In this document: in pieces, positions 1 through 15,245 of the stretch | Position numbering within the stretch: the first letter of the stretch is position 1 | Layout: each line of letters starts with the position of its first letter | Assembly: GCF_009914755.1 (NCBI RefSeq) | Contig: NC_060937.1 | Length of the DNA stretch: 64,000 bases | Strand: one strand, 5' to 3' | Source of the DNA: the human T2T-CHM13v2.0 reference genome, Homo sapiens | Notes under the pieces: generated by a model | What the model was told of the DNA's origin: nothing | Database searches by the model: none | The model's input: only the letters and a program-made list of their open reading frames with translations | Position numbers and translations under genes: made by a program

Positions 1-89
1 CAAAAAAATATATAAAATTAAAAACTTGTAATTCTGTAAAAGCAGCAAATGTAGGGTCAAGATAGAAAACATAAGAAAGGAATCTACTT

Positions 90-990
90 TAGGCACGGAA
101 GTTAGGAAAGGTGTTCTAGAGATTACAGGAAGGGAGAGAGCTGGCTGTGCAAAGAGGAGAGAAAATGCATTCTGGGGGTATAGCATGTGCAAAGGTCCTA
201 AAGCAGAAAACTGGTGGCATGAGGAACTGAAGATATTGAACAAAGATTTGCATGTTTTTGTAGCACAGTAGACAAGGAGAAGGGCCTGTCCTCTGGAGTC
301 CATGGGAGGAAGAGTTGGGGTAGTAGGGATTTTGGATTTTAGGTTCAGTGGGAATGACGTCTTCTTTACTTTGATTACAGAGTGGGGGGAGATGAATTAT
401 AGGGATGCTGGAGTAGAAGCAGAGAGAGACACTATAAAGAGTTGAAGTGGCCTGGAAGGGTAGAAGCTAGTGATGGAGAAGAGAAGGTAGGTTTGAGGTA
501 TATTTTAGAATTGAATTGGCACAGAATTGGTACACTTCAGGAACTGTGGAAGATGAAGAATCAAAGATGACTACTGCCTAGCTTTGGGGCCAATTACTGA
601 AATTGGGAAGCTTAAAATGGAAAATAGATTGGGAGGTGGAAAAGATGATAGGAGTCAAAAGTTTCATTTGTGAACATTGTAAGCAGTGGCTATGTGAGTT
701 GGAGATCGTGGAAGAGATCTAAGCTGGAGACAAATTTTATGAGTCCTTGCCATAAAGATGACATAAATTGATTAAAAAAAAAAAAATAGAGGGTGACAAA
801 GAAGTGGGCCCAGAACAAAGCCCTAGGCAACTTCAGTATTTAAAGTTTGGGTCAAAGAAGAGTTAAAGATAAGAGTATTTGTAAGTTTGGGTCAATGTAA
901 TGGTAGGAAAGTGCAAAAATAGGGTGTGGAAGCCAAGGGTTTCAAATAGGGAATAGAAAAATGTCACCTGGAGTTAACGTGGAGGTCACT
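90..990 (-). mobile_element. L2 LINE fragment
   Basis: Purine-rich antisense L2 motifs (gcatgtgcaaaggtcct, gaatcaaagatgac, ctggagacaaatttt). Confidence 0.7.
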
Positions 991-2479
991 AGGCAGTAAC
1001 AGCATTAGTTTACTGCCTAAGAAGAGTAAACATTACCACTCATTATACAGAGGAATGGCTTAGTTTGGTTTTCCAATAAAAGAATCACATGAAGACATTG
1101 GAAGAGGTGAGTTTAGGCGGGAGCAGGGATGTCATAGGGCAAGGATACAGCATATTCTCTTATGGTGACAGTAAGAAATTCTGGAAAGTCAATGTTTGTT
1201 TAAGGGCATTAGCCTTTGAAGATAAAAGGAAGCTCAAAAAGGATGTGGAAAAGGATTAAAAACTTTTTTCCTCTCCCAAAACTTTGCCTGTGGGGATAGT
1301 AAACAGAATTACTTACCTGGAGTTTAATTCCTCTAAACCAAGGCCTGTCAGGAGATGAAAACAAAGTTTAATTAGTGGACATCAAGGTACAGACTGATGA
1401 TAGTAGATGAAGTACAGTGGGAAACACAGCCAGAGGCGACCGCTCACCACATCACAACTTCATTGCACCTAAAAGAATTTAGACTGATCACGTAGAATGC
1501 AGTCTTGAATGTCTTTAGGGTGACCATAAACTCACGGGTTCATACAAAACACCTGCAGAAGGCAGTTGGGTGGAGGGAAGAAACTGAGAAGGGGGCAGGC
1601 AGGTTAACCAAGAGTCTTGTATATGTGAAAGGAATCTGCATAAAGTCTGTAGGGACCTGAGGGAAAGCTGAGTTGGTCCAAAAAGGACTAGGGAGATGAA
1701 TGTGAATCTTATACATCCTGTGAAAAGTTAATCCGCATCTGATTTGCACTCCAATAGCATTTCATTCTAAATAAACTCATGCCAGTGATTCAAGATCAGA
1801 AATTCTCTTCAGCTGTAAAGTACTGTGACTTTTAAAAAGCTGATTATTAAATATATACCAAAGGCTTTTAACATGTAGTAATTCTGAGTACTTGCTGGTA
1901 CTTTCTATTTTCAAAGTACTTTACAAGCTAATTATTTACAAATTGCATATAGCTGTAACATCTAAGTACTCTAATTAGTTGGCATAATGCACAGGTTCAC
2001 ACAGAATCTCGAGAGATGGAAAGGTGTCTACAAAGTGGTCTCTTCAGTACTGACCCAAAGAGTGTCTTGCATCTCAAGAGATAGGAAAGCATATCAAGTT
2101 CCGTGGCCTACCACTCCCCACTCTTCTTTTAGTTTCCCTTAAACACGTTATTCAGATTTTAGATGGTCTCCAGATCACTAGACAAAAGTCTTCTTTTTGG
2201 TTAGCGTAATTTAGAGTCATTCTTTGTAACAACCTTTAAACTGGTCTCTTAGGAAGTTTACCCAAATCTACCCATCTGCTTTCAAGTACTTATTAAGACC
2301 CCCAAACCCAGCCTTTTCTTGCTCAAATTCTTAATGTTGCTATTTTCTTTTCCTGCTTTATAAACTATCCTGGTACAGTTACTGCGTGGGTCTGGTTTTT
2401 TTTTTTTTCTCATGATGAAATTCTTCTCAAACTTGGATTATTAGATCTCTAATTATTTAACTATACAGTAAGTATGTAC

Positions 2480-3620
2480 CTAATAGTAGCACAGTCCTGA
2501 GAAATGGTGGAAATAAGAGACTATGAGTCTGTCCTGAAAACCCTTCTGTGGTTTTGGAGAAGGCAGACAAGAGCTGTACACATGAAAAAGAAAACCAATT
2601 GTATTGACAATGAAGTGCCCGAATGTGCAGTGTGGAGTATTATGTGATGAATTCAGAATGGGATGGGTGAAAGGCACTGCTGAAACATCTATTCTTTCAT
2701 GAGCACTCATTCTGTTGGCCAGTGAAGATGGCAAATAAGAATTGGCGGCTTATGATTAATAACAGGAATAAATGGTTTCCTTTTTTCCAGTGTAAGAGAG
2801 CTGTTAAAGATTCTTGAGCTAGAACTGCCGTAAAGTTTTAGTTTTTTTTTTTTTTTTTTTTTTTTGTCCCATGCCTGTGTGCAGAATGGGTGAGTGGAAG
2901 GAAACTGGAAGACAGCAGTGAACTGGGGACATTTGTAATAGTCCAGGTATAATGTAAGGAGGGCATACTTGTAAGAGAGGAGATAAAAGGATGGATACAA
3001 AAAAAAAATGCTTAAACAAAAAAAGTAACTTGGAGACAGATTCTATAGAGGGGTAATAGAAGAGTTGTAGATGACCCCAAAGGCCCCATATCCAGGTTCA
3101 TTTACCCCTTTGTTTATCCTACCATTCCCTCACAACCAAAAACCAGTAAGGCAGGATTTATCATTTCTTTTCTCCAGCCTGTCCTTACTAACGGGAGTTA
3201 GTGGGTGCAACCACCCTTACCTCCTTCCCCAACCCATATCAGAAGAATTCATGTATTTTACAAGGATATGAATCCAGGGCTACAGATGTGAAAATTGAGA
3301 GTTAAGAAGAGGCGATCAGGGCAGTGAACAGCCTGGCTCTTACGGTCTGCACTCACCAAGCTGCTTGCTTTACAGGGAATGTTTTCATTAATTGGCTCTG
3401 TAAATATTGAGCACATACTATACGGAGGCACAGTTTAGGGGCCAGGATACGGCAGTGAACAAGTTGGCCCACATGCAGTTTATTTTCTGATGGCAGAGTT
3501 AGACAATAAAGAAACATGCAAACATTTAATTTCAGGTAGTAAACTAATGATGACAAGGAGAAAACACTGAATAGTTAAGGAAGGCCTTTCTGAGGAGGTA
3601 ACATTTGAGCAGAGAAATAC
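2480..3620 (-). mobile_element. L2 fragments with a poly-T run at 2842-2865
   Basis: L2 3' motifs (taaatattgagcac..., ggaaggcctttctgaggaggtaacatttgagc). Confidence 0.55.
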
Positions 3621-3934
3621 AAGAAGAGAGAGACCAAGGATAAAAGAGAATGAGCCCAGAATTTTTTTAAAAACCTGAGCTTAGATTATTCAGCAATGAA
3701 AGAAAAATTATGAACCTTTCTAGAGGAATAAATTGTATATTTCAGCCTTGTGTTTGTGACTTTTATTAGTGCCTAAATTTATATCATCTGTTTTTAATCT
3801 GTATATGTATTTACCTAACAATTATAGTAAAGAATATTGGACTACTCTGTGGGAAGGAGGATATGTAGGATATTGGAGTTGTTTTCGATTGGCTGATACA
3901 TGTATGTATATTGGAGGGGCTTATTTTAATTGAA

Positions 3935-4242
<308 letters not shown>

Positions 4243-4321
4243 TAGACCTTCCTTAGGAATAGAAATTGATATGTGTGGAATCTTGGGTATCTTTTCAGTA
4301 AGCATAGGCATAGCAAACTTA

Positions 4322-4575
4322 GGCAGTATAACATTGGAATTTAGAGCTGTTGGACTCACAATGCCTGGGTTTTGATCCTGGCTCTAGACGTTAGCCATGT
4401 GACCTTGGACATACTGTTTGATCTCTTTGTGCCTGAGTTTCTTCTTCTGCAAATTGGGATAACAATAATACCATATAGGGATGTTACAAGTGTTAATTTA
4501 GATAATATTCAAAGTGCTTAGGACAGTACCTGAACCATAAAGCATACTCTCAATCAATGTTAGCTATTAATGTTA
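4322..4575 (+). mobile_element. MIR SINE
   Basis: MIR core tgtgaccttgg...ctgagtttcttcttctgcaaattggg and a 3' tgttagctatta end. Confidence 0.8.
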
Positions 4576-4966
4576 TTATTGTAATATCATTGATGTTGAG
4601 CAAGCTGGGTTGGTTTATATTCCTTCATGTGAAAACTTTGAAACAAAAAACCTTAGTAGCCTGTGTATTTTTTTGTTTTCTTCAGTCTGTAATATGATTT
4701 GAGGACCCCTGTATGGAAGGTTATCAGTCTGTTAAACCCATAGCTTTTAAGAAAAATACTTTAAAATAGCATTCTTATTAATAGGATATAGAGAAAAGTC
4801 GCAGACAAATTGTGTTTCTCCTCTTTTTAAAAAGAAATTAAGATTCTGATGGAACATTCGTAATCATCCTTAAGCTTTAAGATAAAGGTTAAGCAGAAGG
4901 AAAAGCAAGTTCTGTAGCAGATGGGTACCTGGCTTGGTGCCAGGTATCTGGACTATTGGTAGGTAG

Positions 4967-5297
<331 letters not shown>

Positions 5298-5629
5298 TAG
5301 CCAGCCTGATTTTTTTTATCTAGTACTGTTTCTCAGTATATTCCCTGTTCATTATGCAAGGCACTTAGCATATCTCAAAAACAAAAGCTACCTTGGTGCT
5401 TTTCTAAGTTTTACCTTCCTGACTGGAGTCAAACCTCAAAAAAATTATGAATAATGCCCCCACCAATTTTATTAAAAGGACTCCAAGAGAAAATCCAACA
5501 GCCTGGAGCATCTAATTACACAGAGATTGAACTAGTTGGCTTAAACAACAGCTTGGGGTTACAATTTTTGTTTTTTGTTTTTTTCATGGGTGGGAGAGAC
5601 TTTCTCTTTCTCTGCTGACCTCTTTCAAG

Positions 5630-5870
5630 GCAGTGTTGTGTAGAGGCGAAGGGTAGGGACTCTGAAGTCAGAGGGCCTGTTGGCTCCACACTTCCTATCT
5701 TATGAATGTGGGCAAGTGATGTAACCTTTCTGAGCCTCAGTTTCATACCTATAAAATTAGGCTGATAGTAACACCTACTTCATAGGGCTATTGTGAGAAA
5801 TAAATGAAATAAAACACTTAGCACAATTTCTAGTACACTTAAATACTCAAACATTAGCTATTGCTATTGA
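5630..5870 (+). mobile_element. MIR SINE
   Basis: ctgagcctcagtttcatacctataaaat core. Confidence 0.8.
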
Positions 5871-5974
5871 TATATATGGTTGTTGTTCAAGTCAATTAGT
5901 GGGAGTTAAACTTATGGTCTTCATAGTACAGGTTGTGTCATGTTATCCATAGGAGCCCTCCTGGCTGGCTTGCA

Positions 5975-6906
5975 TGAGCTGCCCGCCTCCCCCACCCTGC
6001 TGTCTACCCAAAGCATCACCTGTGACTCTGCCACGCTGGCCTTCTCACTTTTATTCATATAAGCCTAACATTGCCATTTCAGGGCCTTGGCACTTGCCCT
6101 TTACTTCCCGAACCTCTCTTCCCCTAAATCTTCACATGGCCTGTCCATTTCCAAAGTCGTTTGCTCAGAGAGACCATCCTTGACTGGGTATTAGTCCATT
6201 GCTGCGTAATAGATTATCCCAAAACTTAGTGGCTGAAAGCAACAAATACATCTCAGTTTCTGTGGGTCAAGAATCTGGGTGGAGCTTAGCTGGGTGATTT
6301 TGACTCAGGGTCTCTGACAAGGCTGTAGTCAAGATGTCATCCAGGCTGCACTCTTGAGGATTGCATGGGAGACGATTTGCCCACAAGCTCACTCATATGG
6401 GGCTGCTACATGCCATGGCAGCTGGCTTCCTGCCAGAGCCAGGAAAACAGAGTTAGAGAGAACCCAAGACAGAAGCCAGTCTTTTTATGCCCTACTCTCA
6501 GAAGTGGCATTCCATTGCCTCTGCTCTATTCTGTTGGTTAGACATGAGTCAGTAAGTCCAGCCCACACTTGAGAGCGAGTACATGAGGGTCTGAATACCA
6601 GGAGGTGGGGATCCTTGGCACCATCTTAGCGGCTGCTTACCCATCCGCCTTCTCTAAAGTGGCATGCACACCCACATACAAACCTCCATCACTCTCTATT
6701 CCTTTACCTTGCTATATTCCTTCATAGTACTCATTGTCAACTGACATTATATTATATATTTATCTATTTATTGTCTAACTCCACTTGAAAAATATCTCCT
6801 TGGCGGCAAGGGCTTTGTCCTTGTTCGCTTCTGAACCCCAAGCACTTAAAACTGGGTCAGGCACACAGTAGGCTTTCATTAATGTTTCTTCAGAAAGTCA
6901 ATGAAT
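5975..6906 (+). mobile_element. L2 3' end interrupted by an MLT1 (ERVL-MaLR) LTR at about 6187-6642
   Basis: L2 tail (ggcacacagtaggc...aatgaat) on both sides of the MLT1 motif tattagtccattgctgcgtaa...cccaaaacttagtggc. Confidence 0.75.
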
Positions 6907-7749
6907 AATGTGCATGATTACATACCAGTGTCAGAGTATGAGTACCACAACAGGAAGAAGGACTGATGATTTATAATGACATTATTTTGTACACTTATCA
7001 GCTGACATTTGCAACTCAGAAAGCCACCACAGTAACAAGCTTCAAGAAGACAAAAAATTATTGAGTGGGACAAGGAACCATGCCTATCCTGTGGCTTCAG
7101 TGGGAGGAGGAGCTGAGGGGAGGCAGGAGTAAGCATCATAGAGAGCCTTGATAAAGGTGGTTATGCTTTATATTCTGTTTCATTTTTGTCTTCTCTGTGT
7201 CCTCAAGAGCCTCTAACACTACTATCTTCACCACCTTGATCCCATGCCTCATCTGTTGTCTTGTCTATTGGTTTAAAAAGGTAGAATATCTCCCACTTGA
7301 AGTTGATTGATGGATATTTTTACTTTGCAAGAGCAGTATGGGAGAGTGATATGAATTTTCCTTGGGATCTTATCCCCACAGAACTCTAGGAGGGAAAAAG
7401 TGGTAGGATTGTAGTTTTGAGTACCATGAAGTGGAATTGAAAGGATTTGATTCCAAGGTATGCTGTTTTTTCAATGCCGAATAGTACACTCATTTCCTAA
7501 CCAGCTGTCTCGTAAATCTATGCCATTTACTACAAATAGCATTGCTTTGGAAAAATAACAGAATGCATGCATTTGTTTTTCCAGCAGCTATTTAAGGTCC
7601 ATTTGTTTTCCAGGTACCAAGAAAGCAAAGACGAATCTCATTTCATGCCTACCTTCACAGAGTTTGCAATCCGACTAGACCAAAGAGCTGTGTAGTAAAG
7701 AACTGAAGGATAGGTGTCATTTCTTGTAACTCTTTTACCTCATTAAAAT

Positions 7750-8012
7750 TGCAGCACCCCCCCGCCCCCCAGCACTCCTACCTTGTATTTTTTCTATAGC
7801 ACTTATCTTCTAACATATGAGATATATAATTTACCTTTTTATTATATTCATTATATATTGCCTTTCCCTCTACCCCTCAAACACACACACTGTAACATAA
7901 GCTCTGTGAGAGCAGAGATTTTTGTTTTAATGTTCACTGATGTATCCACAACCCCTGGAACAATGCCTGGCTCATAGCAGGTGTTCAAAAAATGTTTATC
8001 AAATGAATGAAT
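7750..8012 (+). mobile_element. L2 3' end
   Basis: taagctctgtgagagcagag...gcctggctcatagcaggtgttcaaaaaatgttt...aatgaatgaat. Confidence 0.8.
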
Positions 8013-9199
8013 AGCAGATTGACTCTGTATTGTTTTTACATTAAATACCCCAAGAGCTGAACTTGAATTTAAAAAGGGAAATAACTATTCTATAAGCTTC
8101 GAATTGAGAACCACAAATTTGTGGTTGTGTGTCTTCAACTCCATAGTTTGTCACATGTAGTTGGCAAGAGACTGGGCCTGTCCAGGAGGAGTCAGACCTA
8201 GAGGTTCATTTAGGCAAAGGGTGACCAGAGCAGGCAAAGATAGAGTGCCAGAGGAGTAGCCTATGCAGTAGGAACCAAGCAGATCTGATAGATATTGCCA
8301 GGTAGATGATTCCAGAGGGGTCACCTGAGCTAAGAAGAATTGGGCATGTTGTTTATACACACATAAGAAGGCAGGGCTTTGTATCTGCAAGGCCAAATTT
8401 GACTGCAACGCATCTCACATTAATGAGAACTGACCCCCGCCAAGGCCGACAATGTTGGTTTTGTGAGCACCTGTTCTACCCATATACCTACTGTGTGATT
8501 TTGGATTTGGGGAATTCCCAGACCGATAATATTTCAAAAAAATCTAATGGGGTGAAAGGATGTAGGATTGCTTAAGTTTTATTTTGCCCTTACTTTGTGA
8601 AATGGACTTTCCTTCACTTCCATGGAAAATTGCCAGAAATCCTAGTCTTTATTTAGGTGACCTGAAGCACTTGAAGGACAAAACAAAGACTTAAAGCATT
8701 CAATAATTTGATGTCTGTTGTGCCATTTTTATCATGTTTGCTCCACAATAAATTGAACAGACTCTTGCACTTTTCCCTTGGGTCCTCATGAGCATTTGTC
8801 TACAACTGTTAATAAGTTACATGGGATCTAAGAATAAATTTTCATTGGAATTCAGATTTCAAGTGAAGGATCACCCAACATTGCGATCCCTCATCTAACA
8901 TTATTTCAGATCCTGAGTTGCTGCTTTGTTCTGCATACTTAAACATAAGTCCCGGAGCTTGGAATACTTAACAAGGGGTTTGTGTTGCTGTTGTTGTTTC
9001 CAAAAGTGATTAAAATTGGTAATATAAAATTAATATAAGCTTCATTTATCTCTTCATTCCCTGAAGATGAGGAGTAAGAGAGTACCATCATCATATTCTT
9101 GTCAAAGTAAATGAGTTGGATTTATATTCTTTATCAGACCTTGTAATTGAAGCCTTCTAGACTTGATTCTACAGTTTTATTTCTGCTTTTTGTTTATTG

Positions 9200-9373
9200 G
9201 TTTGTTTACATGGCAAAGACTGCAGTTTGTCCTTAAATGGATGGAAAATATTAGGGATTCCAGGGGCTTATGATTAGAAACTTATGATTAGTTTGTTTAT
9301 ATGGCAAAGATTGTACTTTGTCCTTAAATGGTTGGAAAACATAAAGGATTCTAGGGGTTTATGATTAGGAACT
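9200..9373. repeat. Two-copy tandem duplication, period 91 bp
   Basis: gtttgtttaYatggcaaaga...ttatgattagRaact starting at 9200 and at 9291. Confidence 0.9.
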
Positions 9374-9639
9374 GTTGTGCTGAAAATGTCTGTCTTTAGA
9401 AATGTTAGCTTACAGGTGTGTCACTGTCTGCTGCCCAGACTTGTAGCAAGCAAGCAGAGGATTCCCTTCCTATTTCCTTGTTCTAATAAGTTGGTACCCA
9501 TCGGAGAGCAATGAAAGATCAGAACAAGCCAGAACATGAGGAAGCCAACTAGACTTACTCCTGGCCAAAAGCAGACAGCCTAACAGACACGTAACTGTGA
9601 CTGTAAAGTAAGAAGACTGATTTGCCTCACCAGGTAGGA

Positions 9640-10088
<449 letters not shown>

Positions 10089-10812
10089 AAACTTAGCTTT
10101 TAATGGGCGTGATGTTGTCGATGTTACCTGCCTTGGACTCATAAAGATAACAGCTTTGCCAGAGCATATCCTCCAAGGAGTTCAGTTTAAGAGACAAAAT
10201 TGTTGGCCTAGCTGAAACATGCTGGCAATAGGGGCTGTTCTTTGTAAATCTTAAACATGAAAAGAATCAAATGAATGAGAGAGTAACTTGTTAAGAACCC
10301 AGATAAAGGTTTACTGACAATACTTGGTTTCTGAAAACACCATTTTTCATATTATTAAACGTTATTAGTATTATCTTTAAATATGTTCATTTTAACTTTT
10401 TCATCTATATTGTGCTAAAGCAGTACTTGATCATCCTCAAAATATAGAAACTTTTATTCACGGATTGAATGAAATAAGGGTATGTGTTATTTGACAGGAC
10501 TCTGGATATGAAGTCAGAAAGCTCTGGGGTAGAGTCAGCTGTTCCCCTTACTGGTTGACCTCAGACAAGGCAGCCTCCCTAAGCCTTGGTTGCCTAAACA
10601 ATAAAAGGGAAACAGGAACTTCAAGGGTTCATCTCAGACTTGGTGAGGTAATATATATTATTCAGTAAATTGCTGTGCACATGATATTTTAGTTAACATA
10701 CATAACTATCAATAGTCTATCTATGATTACTATTAAAATTATAACTATAAAATGATTATTTTTTTAAAAATTCTTAATAGATTTGTTCAGTGCTCTATAG
10801 TTACAAAGTAAC

Positions 10813-10857
10813 TATATATATATATATATATATATACATACACACATATATATATAT
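10813..10857. repeat. (TA)n/(CA)n microsatellite
   Basis: Direct reading. Confidence 0.95.
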
Positions 10858-12909
10858 AAATTGTATTTAATCCCCCTAAGAATTCTGAAAGGATAGTAGA
10901 AATATCTTCATTTTAATCGCATAGCTTTGTGACCTTGAATATCACAGGATCACAGAGCTAGTAGGTGCGGAACTGGGACTCGTTTTCTCACCACTATATT
11001 GTGGCTGCTTTCTTATTCTCTTAAGGTTACTTGATGGTGTCCTAGATTTAAAACTGTAAAGGAAGAACTGCATAATTTGTCTTCTAAAAGCACTGAGAGG
11101 TGTTTTAGGGACTATATAAAGATAGAACAGTTACTGAGTAAGTCTATTCAGTCTGGATTTTTCGGGTAAGAAATTCTGCTCTGAAGCTTGTGTATTGCAG
11201 ATCACAATAATCATAGACACATCACATAGCATTGGGATAGTGTTAGTGTTGGTACTTAAAGTGTTGTCCTCTAAAGGTAATGATCCTGGGCTAAAATATT
11301 ATAATTATAATCTGTCTCCTCATCGTTTCTCCCTAGGGTGACCATACATGCCATCTAGGCTTAAATATTGGTAATTTTGAGTTAAATTTTCAAAAACCAG
11401 ATATTATTTAGTGTTAGGCAAGTTGTTAACTTCTCTAAACCATAATTTCCTCGGTTTTATATGACAAAGTTAAACCAGATGGCCTCTAACTCTAACATTT
11501 GAGAAACTTTTCCCTTACATTTTTTAATAATATAGATTGTATTTAATGGATCTTTACCCAAACATTTTGGTTCAGGTAATTAAAATGAAAGTTATAGTGA
11601 AAAGATCCTTGAAACTTTTCTAAAAACACTGGGCGTTCAGGAATTAATATAGTGTATGTCCCGATTTCTATCAAGCAAACGCTAAGAGAGAATTGTAAAT
11701 TTAGGGGTCTAATATTTCAAATGAGATGTGAAAGTATGGTCCCAAGCATTTGTACTGAAAATGCAGCGCCCCTTTCTTGGTAAGCGTAAGAGTGTATTAG
11801 ACTTTGGGAGGAAGCCAAATTATGCTGTTTGGATAATCAGCATGATCTATCTCTCAGAATTTTCCCCTGCGGTCTCAATTGGGTACCTATTCTATTTTTA
11901 ACTTAGTTCTAAACTCTTTGTTAGCATTGCTCCATCCAATTAAGCTGCAGCTGCTGTTCCATCCCTAAGGATTGTTTATGTTTCAGTGGATGAGATGGTC
12001 CTAATATGTACGGCTACTTAAAGTATAGTTTTAATTCAGGGACAAGAAAAGATTGTGTTTAAGTTTGTGATTTTTTTAAAACAATGCATAGTTAAACATT
12101 GGCTCTAGAACATGCTTTCACATTTCCCTTCTTAGTTATATCATCACATATAATTTATAAGTCTCTGAATGATAAAGTGTGGTTTGCTGGGTTTTGGTTG
12201 TCTTGCAGCTGGTTTCTGATGCCAGAATCATCGATTGTATTACTCTCTGTGGTTTCTTTCTTTTGGCAGCTGATGTGTTGTTGGTATGATATGTGTTATG
12301 ATATAAAGGTAAAGGTTGGATTAATCGTAATAGAATTTTCCATGCCTTGGGTTTTTCTCCATACTATAGAGATTAGTCTCCATGAGCTGCTTCCTTCCTT
12401 CCTTTCAGTTAATCTCTGCAGCCTTTCTAGTGGTTCCTCCTGTGCTGTTGAATTCAGCATCTGTAAGAATGTGTTTGCATTGTACCAGAGCTCTACAACT
12501 TTGGCCAGCTAAGAAGGAAGCATCTCTGGGAGCTTTGAATGTCAATATAAAGCCTTATTTGCACAGTTGTGCACTTTTGGCTGACTTGTTCAGTGGACCA
12601 TCTAAGTTCATCACTTTGAACTTTTATAAACATTTTCCTTAAAGGGATGCTGCTCTCAAAGTTAGGTTTATGTGTATGTTTAAGCGCTTAACTCTATTAA
12701 CTACTCCTTTATATAAATATAGAATTTTCCCAAAACACTTGTATATATATTAACTAAGTTTTTAAAATTGTAAAATGGGATTTAAAATTACCTTGTCCTA
12801 CTTAATTTCATTGCCGTATAAATTGGCACCAGAAAAACAACTTGAAACTTGACGGTGTAGGGTTTAAAGAGTTAAGAATTTACTGATGGGTTTTAATACA
12901 TTAAAAAAA

Positions 12910-13037
12910 ATTTTTTTTTTTTAGAGATAGGGTCTTGCTGTGTTGCCCAGGCTGGCCTCAAACTTTTGAGATCAAGCGATCCTCCCCCATCAGCCTCCTG
13001 AGTAGCTGGGACTACAAGCATGTGCCACCACACTGGC
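12910..13037 (-). mobile_element. Alu monomer (FLAM/FAM-like)
   Basis: Single ~130-bp antisense arm with poly-T. Confidence 0.85.
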
Positions 13038-15029
13038 ATAAATTTTTTTTTTCTATAGTATATTTTTGTAGTTAATTATTGATGTAGAAAATATTGTCTA
13101 CGTATATATGTACTATTTTTTCAAAATCTCTCCCTGCCAGTGTGTAGAGGAAACTACCATATGCCTCAAAGCCATGTTTGATGCCTAGAGTGTGAAAGAC
13201 AGAAAATGCCTGGTGATCAAGATGAGGCCTGGTCTGGCAGTCCCCACAGCAGGAGGGAAGCACAGTTGCTCTAGAGTGGGCTACACCCTCTATTTCACTG
13301 GCCCTTCATCATCTCTTGCCTCTAAGGCAGGACTGTGCCTTGCACTTAACGGTCACAGGACTGTCACTGAACCTGTGATGTTGTCTGTGGAGTGCAGGCT
13401 TTCTCTTCTTCCCATCTCATTGTGTATTGCTAGATTTCTAAGAATTAGAAGTATACACATGTTTTCTTCCTGGGGTTAAAAATGGCTTTATTCAGATGAT
13501 GACAGGTAAATTATTTATCTTGAAATAGCATTTTCAAGAGACTAATTTCTATGTGTATTTTTAAATGAAAACACTTTTTAAAGAGCATGAAATGATGAGA
13601 TGCCAAAATCCTACACATTCTAGAACTTTCTTTTATGTTCTTTTTTTCCCTATTCTTTGGCTTTTAGCTTTGAGTATAATTTATAATCATTTGCTGAATC
13701 AGAGACTGAAATCTACAAGGGGTGGACAGCTTGTTTTCTAGCAGATTACTGTAGCCTTGACACGCTGAAGAAAATAGCTTCAGCAGGCTGACCAGACTTT
13801 CTGCTGAATAGGCCATCCTCGGGGCTGAGATCCAAGAGCTCTGAGGTATTGTTTAGGACAGTCTACAGAGAACTGCAGATGATTTGTATAACATAAAGCT
13901 CTTTTAGGATTAAGAGAGTGATTTACAGACAAAGCTTTTGGTGAGGTGATTTTTCTGGTATGTGGTGTGTTTATCAAAAACAGTACACCTACCAAACTTC
14001 TCCCTCATTAAAAAAAAGCTGTAGAGGCAAACTTTAGAGGCTTATGTTGTAATGTTTTCTTTTGTACAAATTCTGCAATATTTTTTTCCTGTCTACATTT
14101 TGAACAGCTATTTGGTGAGAGTCTGAATTTTATTTTTTATTTCTGCTTTTTGGTCTTCTGCCATTTTTCCTATCCTTTACTAAATTCAAGCAGCTGCCAT
14201 ATTAGCTTTTCTTTGCTTGGGTATTGGCTCCCTTCCACACCCATCTTTCTAGACTTTAAATCCCTTTTTCTTTTGCAGTTTTGTTTTCATCAGTTTTGTT
14301 CTCCAAAGCATCTGTTCTCTTAAAGAGATAACAAAATACATTTTATTGAGTAAAAGAACTCAATAATTATTTGACCTTATATTCTCTGTGTGGATTTTTC
14401 CCCTAACTAATATTTCAGAAGAGCATAGACTGTAATATTTTTAAACCTAACATTTGACCTATCAACAGATCTGCTCTTCCTGTTATTGTATTGTCCATGG
14501 GCTTTTCTATTCAGAGTTTAATATTTCCTAAGTAACCCTATCATCACCACCCCACAAAGTTATTTTCAGTAAGAGGGGCCTTTCTTCATAGCTTATATAA
14601 AAATTTACCATAGCACATTTACTCAGGTTTTATAATATGAATTGAAAAACAATCACTGTATTTTCTGTATCAGGATTTAAGAATAAATATTTGTAAAAAT
14701 ACTTGCTGCTTTGAAAATGAGGTCAGTAGACCCTACAGTGAAGTAGGTGTCTTATGAACTGAGAAATAAGTTTTCCCTGGGAGCTAAACGTTAAGAATTA
14801 ACCCACATTTTAACTGAAGAAGTGATCTCTCTGTAATAGTAATCCACTCTCAGAGGCCATCTATAAATGGATAGTTGCAGATTTGAGAATGTCGAAGTCC
14901 AGGTGAGGGGACTTGAGTTTTGTCTTTGCCAGAGCAGTTCTTGTCATGATAAGTACCATTAAATATTGCTGCTCTCCTTGCCCCTCTCACTAGACTGAGC
15001 TTCTTGAGGACTAGGATCATGTTTTGTAA

Positions 15030-15245
15030 TAGAGCCGTAGTGTAAGGATTAAGATCCTGGGGCCTAGAGTCAGATTGCCTGGGTTCACATCCCAGGCCGT
15101 ATCATTTATCGGCTGTTGTGGCCTTAGGTAAGTTTCTTGACTTTTCCTTATATTCTCCTTATTTCCTTATCTATGAAACGGTAGCTACATAGAGTTGTGA
15201 GGATTAGCTGTAAGGTACATGGTACATAAGTACTGTTACCATTAT
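15030..15245 (+). mobile_element. MIR SINE
   Basis: ctagagtcagattgcctgggttcacatccc...gtggccttaggtaagtt. Confidence 0.7.

Noticed and set aside
990-1019. 10-bp hairpin taggcagtaa/ttactgccta (an 8-bp one also at about 4926-4946)
   Set aside because: Short, with no RNA-gene features; a few such stems are expected by chance or local template switching in 64 kb.
11762-11781. CTCF-like motif (minus strand CCAAGAAAGGGCGCTG)
   Set aside because: Several mismatches in the core; not supportable without ChIP data.
12099-12512. 137-aa + strand ORF
   Set aside because: Starts at TTG, has the hydrophobic composition expected of T-rich intron, and shows no recognisable homology or convincing exon boundaries.
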